64,000 nt of DNA from Anaerolineae bacterium (GCA_041300525.1 JBGLNJ010000001.1:748854-812853); one strand, 5' to 3'; positions 36,421 to 46,461 are shown, counted from the stretch's first letter. Made by a program: numbers and translations. The notes: generated from the letters alone by a model not told the origin.

Positions 36421-37479
36421 ATGGCCCCACTCCCCGGCGCGGAAGCCACACCGCCCTCCACCAATGAACCTCGGCGAGGGCCAGGCGGCTGGACAGTTTT
36501 GACTGTCCTGCTGCTCCTGGCCCTCGCCGTTTTTCTCGCCTTCCCCATGCAGACCGTCTCGCTTCAACCGTGGGTACCCGCGCTGCAAGCTCAACTGCGT
36601 ACTGGGGTCGGCCAGGGCTGGCCGTATGTCGCCGTCGCGCTGCTGGGCGCGATTGTCGGTCTGGCTGAGATCGTGTCCACCTTTCCCAACTATCCGCGCG
36701 AGGCGCTCCGCACGCGCTGGGCGCAGAATCTTGTCCTGGTCAACGCCGTTGCCGCCCCGCTGGCCTTGGCGGTCGTGCAGATTTATGCGCCCACGACCAA
36801 CTTGATCCTGACGGTGCTCGGCGTGGGCATCGGCTTTCAGGCCATCATCCGCACCCGCTTTACGCTCGCCAGGCAGATCGGCGGATCGGGCGAAGGCGAC
36901 GTGAGCCTCAACCTGGGTTGGCTGTACGAACAGTTCCAAAACCTGTGCAAGACGCAAATTGACCTGGAGCTGATGAACGGCCGCCGGACAGCGGTGACAC
37001 GCCTGATCGAACGCTATCCGACGCTGGCCGAGCTGCACGACATTGCCGAGTACACCGTCATCGCGCGCGCCACGCTCACGCCCGATGAGGAAAAGGCCAA
37101 GCAGGCCGATTTGGACCGATTGTTCGACCCGAAAGCGCCGGCCAACGTCGCGCGGACCGGCTTGGCCCTGATAATCCTGGAAAACGGCGGGCAGGCTTAC
37201 GTGGACCTGCTCCTCAGCCAACCCGCCGTGCCTGTCAAATCCACCTCGCCTGAGAGCGTCGTCAAAAGCCTGATTGACAGGTACTCGCTCAACGACCTGG
37301 TTGCGCTCGCCCTGCGCCTGATGACGTCGCAGCAGGAACAAAACTGGGTTCAGCAGGCCGCGCAGCCTGCGCCCGGCATGAACGAAGCCAGCCAGAAAGC
37401 CTTCATCGCCCGCTTTTTGGTGGAGCGCATCGGCGCAGAGACCGTGTTAAAAGCCCTGACCGAACCTCCCACAGAATAA
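36421..37479 (+). CDS. Membrane protein of unknown function (4-5 TM N-terminal half plus soluble C-terminal half)
   Basis: 352-aa ORF translationally coupled to the small HTH gene. No recognisable catalytic motif. Confidence 0.45.
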   Translation: MAPLPGAEATPPSTNEPRRGPGGWTVLTVLLLLALAVFLAFPMQTVSLQPWVPALQAQLRTGVGQGWPYVAVALLGAIVGLAEIVSTFPNYPREALRTRWAQNLVLVNAVAAPLALAVVQIYAPTTNLILTVLGVGIGFQAIIRTRFTLARQIGGSGEGDVSLNLGWLYEQFQNLCKTQIDLELMNGRRTAVTRLIERYPTLAELHDIAEYTVIARATLTPDEEKAKQADLDRLFDPKAPANVARTGLALIILENGGQAYVDLLLSQPAVPVKSTSPESVVKSLIDRYSLNDLVALALRLMTSQQEQNWVQQAAQPAPGMNEASQKAFIARFLVERIGAETVLKALTEPPTE

Positions 37480-37512
37480 CTGGCTCAGGCTTGCTGGTCG
37501 CGATTCGAGGTT

Positions 37513-38817
37513 CTACTTGCCGAACGTGATCCGGTAGATAACCCCGCCCTTGTCGTCGCTAACCATCAAGCTGCCGTCCGGCGCGACGGCCAACCCCACG
37601 GGCCGCCCCGAAACCTGACCGCCCTTCAGCCAACCTGTGGCAAAGTCCTTCACCAGCCCGGGGGGCTTGTCGCCGTCGAGCGGCACAAACACCACCTTGT
37701 AACCGGTGGGCACGCTGCGATTCCATGAGCCGTGGAACGCAATGAACAAGCCGTTGCGATATTCGGATGGGAACTGTGCGCCGGCGTAAAACGCCAACCC
37801 CAGCGGGGCCGAGTGTGCCTGCATTTCGACGACCGGCTTGGCGACGCCATCGCACGCGCCGGGATTGCCAAATTCGGGGTCAATGATGCGCCCACTGTGA
37901 CAGCGCGGCCATCCGGCGTCCAGGCCGTCTTTGACGATGTAGATCGTTTCGGGCGGGTTGTCGTCGCCGAGCCAGTCGCGTCCCATGCCGGTGGCCCATA
38001 GCTCGCCGGTGCGCGGATTGATCGCCAAGCCAACGGCATTCCGCAATCCGCGCGCGAACACGCGCCCATTCTTGCCGTCCACATCGTATACCATCACAGC
38101 AGCGCGGCGCTCGTCTTTTTCAATACACACGTTGCAGCTCGACCCGATCGAAACGTACAGCTCGCCCGTGGGGCCAAACAACACGGTGCGTGTGTTGTGA
38201 CCACCGGACGGCAGGCCATCAATCACTACACTCCGCTTGATGGCGCGATGCGTGATGGGATCAAGCTCGAGCCGCGTGATGCGCGTCGTCTCGCCGACAT
38301 ACAGCGAACCATCCGATGCGAATGCCAGTGAGGACGGCGCGATGAGATTCTCGGCCACGACGATGGGCGCATCGGCCACGCCATCGTCGTTGGCATCCAC
38401 CAATGCCACAATCCTGTTGGCTCCACGCTCGGCCACATACAACACGCCATCCGGCCCATAGGTCATAAAGCGCGGCCCGTTGAGCCGGGCAAAGAGAGTA
38501 GCGCGAAAACCGGACGGCAGTTGCACATCGGTTGCGATAGGAGCACGATTGACCGGCGTCGGCTTGGGCAAGGCTGTGGCCGTCGGTGAAACGGCTGGAG
38601 GTGGAGACACGACGAGTGGCGTTGACGTGGCAGGTGGAGTTGGTGCGCTAGTTGGCGGTAAGCTCACAAGCGGCAAAGTAGCAGGCGAAATTGGCGTACC
38701 AGTCGGCGGCACGCTCGCGATTGGCGCGGCCTTACATGCCGCCACCAAACACATCAGCAAGACAGCGCCGACACACCCGAGTCGACACCTCCTCACAGGT
38801 CTCCATTCATCATTCAA
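37513..38817 (-). CDS. PQQ-dependent sugar (glucose/sorbosone) dehydrogenase family lipoprotein
   Basis: Lipobox LLMCLVAAC, Pro/Thr/Ser linker, six-bladed propeller motifs (GPDGVLYVAERGANRIVAL; GPDGSLMVSDDKGGVIYR). Annotated start is inside a heptamer repeat; the likely true start is the GTG at ~38796. Confidence 0.75.
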   Translation of the reverse strand: MNDEWRPVRRCRLGCVGAVLLMCLVAACKAAPIASVPPTGTPISPATLPLVSLPPTSAPTPPATSTPLVVSPPPAVSPTATALPKPTPVNRAPIATDVQLPSGFRATLFARLNGPRFMTYGPDGVLYVAERGANRIVALVDANDDGVADAPIVVAENLIAPSSLAFASDGSLYVGETTRITRLELDPITHRAIKRSVVIDGLPSGGHNTRTVLFGPTGELYVSIGSSCNVCIEKDERRAAVMVYDVDGKNGRVFARGLRNAVGLAINPRTGELWATGMGRDWLGDDNPPETIYIVKDGLDAGWPRCHSGRIIDPEFGNPGACDGVAKPVVEMQAHSAPLGLAFYAGAQFPSEYRNGLFIAFHGSWNRSVPTGYKVVFVPLDGDKPPGLVKDFATGWLKGGQVSGRPVGLAVAPDGSLMVSDDKGGVIYRITFGK

Positions 38818-38851
38818 TATTCGTCACTCGTCACTCGACATTCGTCATTCA
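38797..38851. repeat. Heptamer tandem array (CATTCAT CATTCAA TATTCGT CACTCGT CACTCGA CATTCGT CATTCAT) between the acyl-CoA dehydrogenase stop and the PQQ-DH start
   Basis: Read directly from the sequence. The ORF's MNDEW start is encoded by GAATGAT GAATGGA units. Confidence 0.6.
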
Positions 38852-40576
38852 TCAAAACGGGCTGGCCAGAACAACGTCTCTGACTTGCAGCGGCGTTGGA
38901 TCGGCGGCCTGAATCGCCGCGGCCGCGCCTCGCACCTTGGGCAAATGCTCGGCGATGTAGACGTGAGCCATCGCCCGCTTCCTGTCTGAGGCGCGCGCGT
39001 CTCGCAGCAGCAGCCACGAGTTGACCACATACGCCGCCATGTCCATCACGTCGGAAGCGTAATACTCGATCACGGGCGTGTCACACTCTTTCAAGTGATC
39101 GGCGCACCGGTTGAAAAGTGCGGTCGCGTCCATCACCTGATTCTTGAGCGGGGCCAGCTCCAGGCCATAGTCCTGCGCGGCCCAGTCGTTCAACAAGTCG
39201 TCGAGCGCGTGGCCCAACAACTTGCCGATGACGGCGACCACTTGCATTTGGCTGGTGCCCTCATAAATGTTCGTCACGCGAACGTCGCGGTAATGGCGCT
39301 CCACATTAAACTCGCGCATGTAACCGACGCCGCCATGAACTTGCATCGCCTGGTAACAGACGCGGTTGCCCATCTCGGTGGCATAATACTTGGTCAGCGG
39401 CGTCAGGGTTTCGGCCAGCTTGCTGGCCCGCTTGAGGCGCGCTCGATCCGCCGGGTCCGGCTTGGCGCTTTCGGCGATGCGCCGGTCGTAGGCCTTTTCC
39501 AAATCCACCCAGCGCCCGGCTTCGCAAACCAACGCCCGCACCGACTCGATCTCACTCCGCATCGTCAGGAGCATACGAGTCACAGCCGGCAGGTTGCGAA
39601 TGGCCTGATTGAACTGGACACGCTCGTGAGCATAGCGGTGCGCTTCGCGATAGGCGGCTTCGGCAATGCCCAGCGCCTGGGCCGATACCGCCAGCCGCGC
39701 GCCGTTCATCAACCCCATCGCATAACGAATCAGTCCCATGCGCCGCTTGCCGATCAACTGCGCCGGCGTGTTGTTGTACTGGATTTCGCACGTCGGCGAA
39801 GCGTGCAGGCCGACTTTGTTTTCGATGCGGCGGATCTGAACCGTCTCGTCCTTTTCCACCAGGAACAGCGAAAGGCCGCGTGGATCGGTCGTGCCCTCTT
39901 CGCTCCGGGCCAGCACCACCATAATCTCGGCGCAGCCGTTGGTGATGAAGCGCTTGACGCCGTTGATGCGCCACACGCCGGCCGCCTCGTCAAACGTGGC
40001 GCGCGTCTGCACCGATCCCAAATCGGACCCGGCGTCCGGCTCGGTGAGCACCATCGCGCCCGCCACCTCGCCGCGGGCAAAACGAGGCAACACGCGCGCT
40101 TTCATCTCTTCGCTGCCAAACTCGCTGATGGACGAGGCGATCTCTTGCAGCCCGAAAACCGTCATCAGCCCGGCCTCGGCGCGCGAGACGATCTCGACCA
40201 TCATCTGGTAGATCGTCTCCGGCAAGTTCATCCCGCCGTATTCCCACGGCAGCATTATCCCCATCAGCTCGGCCTGCTTGAGCGCCTTGAGCGCGTCTTG
40301 AGTGGCAGCCGAGTAACGCACCTGGCCTGCCTCGAAATGCGCGCCCTCTTCATCCGCTTCCGCCGCGCGCGGAGCGACCACCGTCGCGCAGATTTCGCCG
40401 AGCACTTTTAACAGGATGCCGTAATTATCTTTGGCGTCCTCATAGTGACGCGGCGCGGAGGGATACTTTTCTCGATAGGTGTAACCCTTTTCTCGAATTT
40501 CGACGACCTCGCGCAAGTCGGTCCTATCCAGATAAAACTGAAGGTCAAGGTTATCCAGGAAAAAATTTTCGGCCAT
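38852..40576 (-). CDS. Acyl-CoA dehydrogenase family protein (long, ~570 aa)
   Basis: ACAD N, middle and C-terminal domain motifs (GGMNLPETIYQMMVEI...; YEGTSQMQ). Confidence 0.85.
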   Translation of the reverse strand: MAENFFLDNLDLQFYLDRTDLREVVEIREKGYTYREKYPSAPRHYEDAKDNYGILLKVLGEICATVVAPRAAEADEEGAHFEAGQVRYSAATQDALKALKQAELMGIMLPWEYGGMNLPETIYQMMVEIVSRAEAGLMTVFGLQEIASSISEFGSEEMKARVLPRFARGEVAGAMVLTEPDAGSDLGSVQTRATFDEAAGVWRINGVKRFITNGCAEIMVVLARSEEGTTDPRGLSLFLVEKDETVQIRRIENKVGLHASPTCEIQYNNTPAQLIGKRRMGLIRYAMGLMNGARLAVSAQALGIAEAAYREAHRYAHERVQFNQAIRNLPAVTRMLLTMRSEIESVRALVCEAGRWVDLEKAYDRRIAESAKPDPADRARLKRASKLAETLTPLTKYYATEMGNRVCYQAMQVHGGVGYMREFNVERHYRDVRVTNIYEGTSQMQVVAVIGKLLGHALDDLLNDWAAQDYGLELAPLKNQVMDATALFNRCADHLKECDTPVIEYYASDVMDMAAYVVNSWLLLRDARASDRKRAMAHVYIAEHLPKVRGAAAAIQAADPTPLQVRDVVLASPF

Positions 40577-40656
40577 GAAATGTTCTCCTCCCTCTCCTAC
40601 CCCCTGCCCTCTCCCGCTCCCAAATTTGGGAGGGGGTGAGGGGTGGGCAAGGGCAG

Positions 40657-41286
40657 TTATTTCGCTTTCTCGCGCAAGGCGCGAATGAGCATGGGAATCA
40701 CTTTTGCCACGTCGCCGACGATCTTGTAGTGCGCGATTGAAAAGATCGGCGCGTTGGGATCGGTGTTGATGGCAATGATCTTGGACGACTCGCTCATCCC
40801 GGCTCGATGCTGGATCGCGCCCGAGATGCCCGCCGCAATGTACAATCGGGGCACCGTGCGCCCGCTCTCCGCTTCGATAAAAGCGGCGAGTCGTTCGAGC
40901 TTTTCCGCAATGACCTCGTGATAATCATCGCCCCAGGCGTAGCGTGCCACAACCCCCACCCCCCGCCCCCGCGTGCGCGCCGCGTGCGGGAGAGGGGAGT
41001 AGTAGTTCATCGCCACCACGACGACGGAGCGGGCCGAGGGCAACAGCTCGCGCACGTCCGCGCGACGCGCGACGGCGTCAGGTCGCGCGAGGTAGCTCAT
41101 TCCGCCGTGATGGCCGCGCGCGAGCCAATCGGTGTAGCGCGCGTGCGTCGTCGCCGCCCCTGCCGCCGTCACGCCGGCGAGGTCAAAACCGATTTCGCGC
41201 GCCTCGCGTTTGATGCGCTCGGCGAGTGTCTTTTCTTCAGAAGACGTCATCGCCGAAAGTATACAACTCTCCCGCAGGTTTGCCAA
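40657..41286 (-). pseudogene. Chimeric ORF: QueG (epoxyqueuosine reductase) N-terminal ~140 aa fused in frame to EtfA C-terminal ~65 aa
   Basis: N-terminal part [12 protein letters not shown]...[16 protein letters not shown]...[10 protein letters not shown]...[12 protein letters not shown] is QueG-like. C-terminal part [62 protein letters not shown] is EtfA-like. Neither the QueG Fe-S domain nor the EtfA N-terminal domain is present. Confidence 0.6.
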
Positions 41287-41629
41287 CCTGCGGGAGGGTA
41301 AAGGTTGTCGCGCAAAATTTCTAGTCGCAGCGCCGGAACATTAAAAAAAGGCCGCTCGCGCCGGAAAATCAACCTTGGCTAGAGCGGCCTCGTATAAGGC
41401 CCGGAATCTTGAATGATGACTCGAGTGGGGCCGGGCGCTGTAATACGCCAGACTCAGAAAGTGAAGAAGAGGGTGGGTGTGCTACTCAACTCAATCCAGT
41501 AAGGTAAGCGATAAAGTTAGAAACCCAACCCCACTCGCAGCTTTATCATATCCCAAAATGCAAAATGTGCCGTTAGCGTTGTGTTGCAATTGTATGAATA
41601 TTGCATTGCAACCCAAAGGGTCTGGTAGT

Positions 41630-42640
41630 TCAGCTTTCCCACGTTGGCTTTGCGCCGGTTGCTTCGAGTCTTTCCTTCTCCGGGTTGTAGCGGAACAGCG
41701 GCTGGAGTACGTAACGGTCATTTTCCAGTCCTCGCAGTTCCACGATCTGCGTGATCTTGCGCTTGCCGGACGGCAATCGTTCCTGATACACGATCAGCCG
41801 CAGCGCGGAAGCGATCGTGCGGCGAATGTCGCTCAGGCCCAGGCCGAGGTTTGCCATCAGGCACATCGCCTCCAGCCGGTTGAGCGCATCTTCCACGCTG
41901 TCTGCGTGCGTGTTCATGAGGCCAACGTGCCCACGGCTCATGATCTGGAGCGCGCGCATCGCCTCCGACCCCCATATCTCGCCGATGACGAGCCAGTCCG
42001 GTCTCATGCGCGCCGCCGTGTCGAGCAGGTCGGCAAACGAGACGTTGGCTGGGCCGCCGGCTTCGAGGCAAAGGCAACGTAGATGGCTCACCCGCATTTC
42101 CTGTATCGCTTCGACGACAATGACGCGCTTTTCCGGCGGGATCAATTCGGCGATGCGGCTTGCCAGAGTGGTTTTGCCGGAAGAGGCGCCGCCCGCGATC
42201 AACGTGATCACGTTCGCACGCATCGCGCGCTGCAGGAATTCGTATGTTTCTTGGGTGACGGCGCCGAACTCTATCAGTTTTTCCCACGTGATCTCGCGCG
42301 CGAGCGTGCCCAGCATCCGCCGGATGACCAGGCACGGGCTATCCGGCGCGGTCGGCGGGATGACGGCCATCATGCGGTTGCCGTCGGGAAAGCGCACATC
42401 GGCGCACGTCTTGTGTGGGCCGAGCGTGATGCCCTCCAGCGCCAGGACGGCATCCATCACCGCGCGAATGTCCTCTGGCGATGTGAAGGGCGAGGCGATG
42501 TCCTGCAATTGTTGACCCTCGGTGGAACGGCGTTCGACGTACACACGGTCGGGCGCGTCTACCATGATCTCGTTGACGGTTTCGTCCTGGTAAAGTGGGG
42601 CGAGCGGCCCCAGCGCATTGAGCAATTCGTTCTCGTTCAT
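41630..42640 (-). CDS. CpaF/TadA/VirB11-family secretion ATPase (orphan)
   Basis: Walker A GGASSGKTT, Asp/His boxes. Start MNENELLNALGPL. No cognate platform or pilin genes nearby. Confidence 0.75.
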   Translation of the reverse strand: MNENELLNALGPLAPLYQDETVNEIMVDAPDRVYVERRSTEGQQLQDIASPFTSPEDIRAVMDAVLALEGITLGPHKTCADVRFPDGNRMMAVIPPTAPDSPCLVIRRMLGTLAREITWEKLIEFGAVTQETYEFLQRAMRANVITLIAGGASSGKTTLASRIAELIPPEKRVIVVEAIQEMRVSHLRCLCLEAGGPANVSFADLLDTAARMRPDWLVIGEIWGSEAMRALQIMSRGHVGLMNTHADSVEDALNRLEAMCLMANLGLGLSDIRRTIASALRLIVYQERLPSGKRKITQIVELRGLENDRYVLQPLFRYNPEKERLEATGAKPTWES

Positions 42641-42748
42641 GGTTGCCTCCTGTCGCTTGATTTGCAGACAGTATAGTCCAAATCGCCTCGCCGCCGCTTC
42701 CGCCATTACCACAGGTGAGACCCTCGCCAAGACCACAGGGAAATGTCC

Positions 42749-44023
42749 CTATCCTCCCATCTCGACGGCCACCACGTCATAATAGGTGCCGGCCCCAAAG
42801 CCGTCAAACAGCACGTGATCGCCGGGTTTCAAGCTGACCAGCTTCCGAAGGAAGGCGATCATATTCGACGCCGCGCTCACGTTGCCAAAGTCGCTCAAGA
42901 GCCACGGCATCGGAAAACGAATACCTTCTTTCAGCAGGTGCTTTTCTATGAGCTGGTTGATCTTCAAGTTAGCATGGTGGACAATCGCCACGGCGATTTG
43001 TTTTCCGGGCGTGCCCAATTCGGCCATGCGTTTCTGATACGACTGGTAGACATTCCGCACGGCAACGACGCCGGATCGGACAAAGAGCTTGACCATGCCC
43101 ATCGGTCCGGCCATCACCACCGACCCCGCCTCGTCTTCCGGCTCGTGCATCAGCCCGGCAACACGAAAATGGTTCTCCCCCGCCTGGGACGCCTCGATCG
43201 CCGACTGACCTCCAACTCTTGTGCGCGAGTGCGGGTAGGACATGCGCACTTGCAGCAGCCCCTCTTCATCATACACTTCGTGCGTTCCGCCCGCCAGGAA
43301 CTTGACTGTCCGGCCCGGAATCACTCCGATAACTCCTGCGCCGGTTCCAAACAACTGGAGCGCCTGTGTGTCGCGGGCGCGCCGCATGTACCGGCTCAAT
43401 CCCTCGATCCCGCCGACCAGAATCTTTTTGCCATGCAATTCTTCGGCCAGGTTTAGGGGCAGTTGCCGGTTGATGGGCAGTTCCGGATTCAATGCCAAGT
43501 GCAGTCCGGCCACGGAACCGTCACAGGCCTTGTGAAGGCTCACCTTCAGCGCGCTGTCCGGAATCCCGGCTTCTCTCGCGATACGCGCCGTATAGTCGGC
43601 CGTTGCCGGCGCGGTGAGGCCGATCAGCACAGCCTGGACTTGAGTTGGATCCCAGCCACTGGCGTGGGCTGCTTCAGTCAGTAACCGGGCGCCCACTTGC
43701 ACTTCCAGCTCGATATCCTCCTCGTCAGACAGCTTGGGAAGATGATGCCGGTGCGTGAATCCCAACTCGGAGAGGTGCAATCTCTCTTCATCCCGGAGTG
43801 GATGACCCAGGCGCTCTTCGATCAGGTCGGGCAAAGTGGCATTATCGTAACACTTGCCCCAGGTTCCATACGCCCCCCCGATCCCGACCTCGGCATTAGA
43901 AACCCGCTCAATACCCAGCGGGATTCCGTGCCCAACCGGGATTTCCTCGACCTGTACCTGAGGGCGATCAAAGAAGGAACCGGTTGCAGTTGGCGTGGCC
44001 TGTGTTGTTTCGATCTCATTCAT
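42749..44023 (-). CDS. 3-oxoacyl-ACP synthase III (FabH)-like condensing enzyme with a ~100-aa N-terminal extension
   Basis: Cys HKACDGSVAGL, His HHANLKINQL, and C-terminal GFGAGTYYDVVAVE. Confidence 0.7.
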   Translation of the reverse strand: MNEIETTQATPTATGSFFDRPQVQVEEIPVGHGIPLGIERVSNAEVGIGGAYGTWGKCYDNATLPDLIEERLGHPLRDEERLHLSELGFTHRHHLPKLSDEEDIELEVQVGARLLTEAAHASGWDPTQVQAVLIGLTAPATADYTARIAREAGIPDSALKVSLHKACDGSVAGLHLALNPELPINRQLPLNLAEELHGKKILVGGIEGLSRYMRRARDTQALQLFGTGAGVIGVIPGRTVKFLAGGTHEVYDEEGLLQVRMSYPHSRTRVGGQSAIEASQAGENHFRVAGLMHEPEDEAGSVVMAGPMGMVKLFVRSGVVAVRNVYQSYQKRMAELGTPGKQIAVAIVHHANLKINQLIEKHLLKEGIRFPMPWLLSDFGNVSAASNMIAFLRKLVSLKPGDHVLFDGFGAGTYYDVVAVEMGG

Positions 44024-44109
44024 GTTCCTTACCCTCGCAGAAAAAGAGTAACTCGCTGGCTCATGGTATTAACACCACGCTGCTCAGATAGTTGTGTCAA
44101 TGGCACGAG

Positions 44110-44550
44110 TTATGCTGTATGTCCTGCCCCAATCCACCCCTGCCTCAACCCATACGTCGCCGCCTCCGTCCGCGAATTTGTTCCGGTTTTATTGAACACC
44201 GAATTCATGTGAAACTGGATCGTCCGCTCACTCAAGCCCAGCCGATAAGCGATCTCTTTGTTCGTCAGCCCGTCAGCGGCGAGCGTCAGCACTTGCAGTT
44301 CGCGTGGCGAGAAAGGGTGAGCGGCAAGGGAGAGTGGTTCGAGCGTGGCCTGCGCGTCGCGGGCTTCGGCGAGCGCCTGGCGGGCCAGTTCGCCGAGCGC
44401 GGCCACCGCCGCCCGCGCCGGATAATTGTCGGACGGCAAAGCACGCTCGTAGGCGCGGGCCTGGGCCGTGAGGAGATCGAGCGTGTCTATCAGCCCGGCG
44501 AGCAGCGCGGACGGCGCATCAGGACCCGATGTTTCTTGTGTGGAGGCCAT
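44110..44550 (-). CDS. LuxR-family transcriptional regulator (C-terminal HTH)
   Basis: LSPRELQVLTLAADGLTNKEIAYRLGLSERTIQFHMNSVFNK. Confidence 0.75.
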   Translation of the reverse strand: MASTQETSGPDAPSALLAGLIDTLDLLTAQARAYERALPSDNYPARAAVAALGELARQALAEARDAQATLEPLSLAAHPFSPRELQVLTLAADGLTNKEIAYRLGLSERTIQFHMNSVFNKTGTNSRTEAATYGLRQGWIGAGHTA

Positions 44551-44727
44551 AGATTTACGGCATCATGATCTGGCGAGCGTGCTTGTCTGTCGGTTGATGA
44601 GAGCAGGGTGTAAATATCACCAGTATCATTCTAGCATAAAACGGCGCTCTTGTGCAGCGACTTTGCGCATTGGGGCGGATTCTGTTATAGTTGCGAACGT
44701 CAAAAGAAAAATGTCGAAGGACAAAGA

Positions 44728-46386
44728 GTGAATCGTAAAGTTTTGATCATCGGCCTGGACGGCGCGACGTGGACGAACCTCCAGCCGTGGATTGACGCGG
44801 GCAAGCTGCCGCACCTGGGTCAACTCGTGGCCGACGGCGCGGCCGGCCCGCTGACGACGACGATCCCGCCCGTGTCGGCTTCGGCGTGGGTGTCGTTCGC
44901 CACAGGCTGCAACCCCGGCCAGCACGGCGCATTCGACTTTGTGTTCCCCCGCCCAAATGCTTACGACATCGGCGTGGTCAACGTCAATGTGCGCAGCGTG
45001 GCGCCGTTCTGGAAGGTGATCGAGGATGCGGGCGGACAGGTGGGGCTGGCGAGCGTTCCCATCACCTACCCGCCGCAGCCCATCCACGGCTGGACGGTGT
45101 GCGGGTTCCTCGTGCCCAACGAGCAGGCCGCGTATACTCAACCGCCCGAACTCAAGGAGCAAATCAAAGCGGCGGGCCTCACCTGGCCGCTGCACGAGTT
45201 CGAGGGCAACCGCAGCCGCGACCCGCGCAAGTTTCTTCAAGACATGCGGTACTTTGACGAGTCGCGCACGCAGGTGGTGACGTGGCTGATGCGCAATCGC
45301 CCGTGGGATTTGGTGTCGTTCGTCATCAAGACGACGGACACGACCCAGCACGAAATCTGGCACCTGCTCGATCCGCAACATCCACGCCACGATGCCGCGA
45401 TGGCCGCGCGCGTGAAGGACGACATCCTGGCGTATTTCCAGGCGATGGATGCGTGCGTGGGCCAACTGGTCCAAGCGGCCGGGCCGGGGGCGACCGTCGT
45501 CGTGATGAGCGATCACGGCGGCGGGCCGTTCGAGAAATTCTTTCACGTCAACAACTGGCTGGCTTTGCAAGGGTTCCTCAAGTTCAAGCGGACGCCGCTG
45601 ACCCTGGTCAAGCGCGCGCTGTTTGCGGCCGGCTTTACGCCCATCACCGCACTCAAGATCGTCAACCTGCTGCGATTGGGCAAGCTGCGCAAGAACGTCA
45701 AGCGCGGGCGCGGGCGCGGCTGGATGGGGCAACTGTTCCTCAGTTTGCGCGACGTGGATTGGACGCGCACTCGCGCATTTTCCATCGGCAACTTTGGGCA
45801 GATTTACATCAACGCAAAGGGCGCGCGGCCGCAAGGCATTGTCGAGCCGGGCGACGAGTACGAAGCTGTGCGCGACAAAATCATTCGGCAAGCACTCGCA
45901 TTGTGCGATCCCGAAACAGGCGATGCCGTCATCCGCGCAGCGTACAAGCGCGAGGAGCTGTATCACGGCGGGCGGCTGAACTATGCGCCCGACATTATCC
46001 TGCACACCGACCGCAGCAAGTACGTCTCCTTCGGCCACGCCGATTTTGGGAGCAACAAGCTCATCGAGCCTTCCATCGGACAGACCGGGCATCACACCAT
46101 GGAGGGCATCGTGATCCTGCGCGGCGCGGACATTCCGGCTGGCGTGCGCGTCGAGGGCGCGAACATCATGGACATTGCGCCGACGGTGCTGGCGCTCATG
46201 GGTCTGGATGTGCCGGAGGAGATGGATGGCAAGGTGCTGCTTGGAGTGGAGACAGGGGGACAAGGTGACAGGGAAGTTGGCAGAGGAATAGGGGAACAGG
46301 AGAACAGAGGAGAGGAAAATCCATATTCTGAGGAAGATGAGGCGCAGGTGATGGAGCGCCTGCGCGAGTTGGGATATGTTGCCTAA
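44728..46386 (+). CDS. Alkaline phosphatase superfamily protein (type I phosphodiesterase / nucleotide pyrophosphatase-like), paralog A
   Basis: GTG start; VLIIGLDGATW...TTIPPVSASAW metal-site motifs; SDHGGG. Acidic C-terminal tail. Confidence 0.8.
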   Translation: MNRKVLIIGLDGATWTNLQPWIDAGKLPHLGQLVADGAAGPLTTTIPPVSASAWVSFATGCNPGQHGAFDFVFPRPNAYDIGVVNVNVRSVAPFWKVIEDAGGQVGLASVPITYPPQPIHGWTVCGFLVPNEQAAYTQPPELKEQIKAAGLTWPLHEFEGNRSRDPRKFLQDMRYFDESRTQVVTWLMRNRPWDLVSFVIKTTDTTQHEIWHLLDPQHPRHDAAMAARVKDDILAYFQAMDACVGQLVQAAGPGATVVVMSDHGGGPFEKFFHVNNWLALQGFLKFKRTPLTLVKRALFAAGFTPITALKIVNLLRLGKLRKNVKRGRGRGWMGQLFLSLRDVDWTRTRAFSIGNFGQIYINAKGARPQGIVEPGDEYEAVRDKIIRQALALCDPETGDAVIRAAYKREELYHGGRLNYAPDIILHTDRSKYVSFGHADFGSNKLIEPSIGQTGHHTMEGIVILRGADIPAGVRVEGANIMDIAPTVLALMGLDVPEEMDGKVLLGVETGGQGDREVGRGIGEQENRGEENPYSEEDEAQVMERLRELGYVA

Positions 46387-46461
46387 TGCGTACTGCGTGC
46401 TGCGTAATGAAACACGGAATACGCAGTACGCAATACGTAGCACGAAGCACATTCTAATTCG
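46387..46461. repeat. Inverted heptamer-array hairpin (TGCGTAC TGCGTGC TGCGTAA ... ACGCAGT ACGCAAT ACGTAGC ACG), copy 1, flanking the GT2 gene
   Basis: Begins inside the TAA stop of the upstream gene. Perfect 12-nt arms TGCGTACTGCGT / ACGCAGTACGCA. Confidence 0.65.

Noticed and set aside
39095-40411. Plus-strand 438-aa ORF antisense to the acyl-CoA dehydrogenase
   Set aside because: No motifs. The opposite strand has clear ACAD domains.
41606-41680. tRNA-like motifs (TGGTAGTTCAGC, GGTTGCTTCGAGTC) considered as a tRNA gene
   Set aside because: No complementary acceptor stem and non-canonical T-arm. The segment encodes the C-terminus of the CpaF-like ATPase on the minus strand.
44626-46452. 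Minus-strand 608-aa ORF, and plus-strand alternate-frame ORF 45282..46268, over the first AP-family gene
   Set aside because: Antisense or alternate-frame artefacts. The plus-strand frame at 44728 carries the conserved phosphodiesterase motifs.
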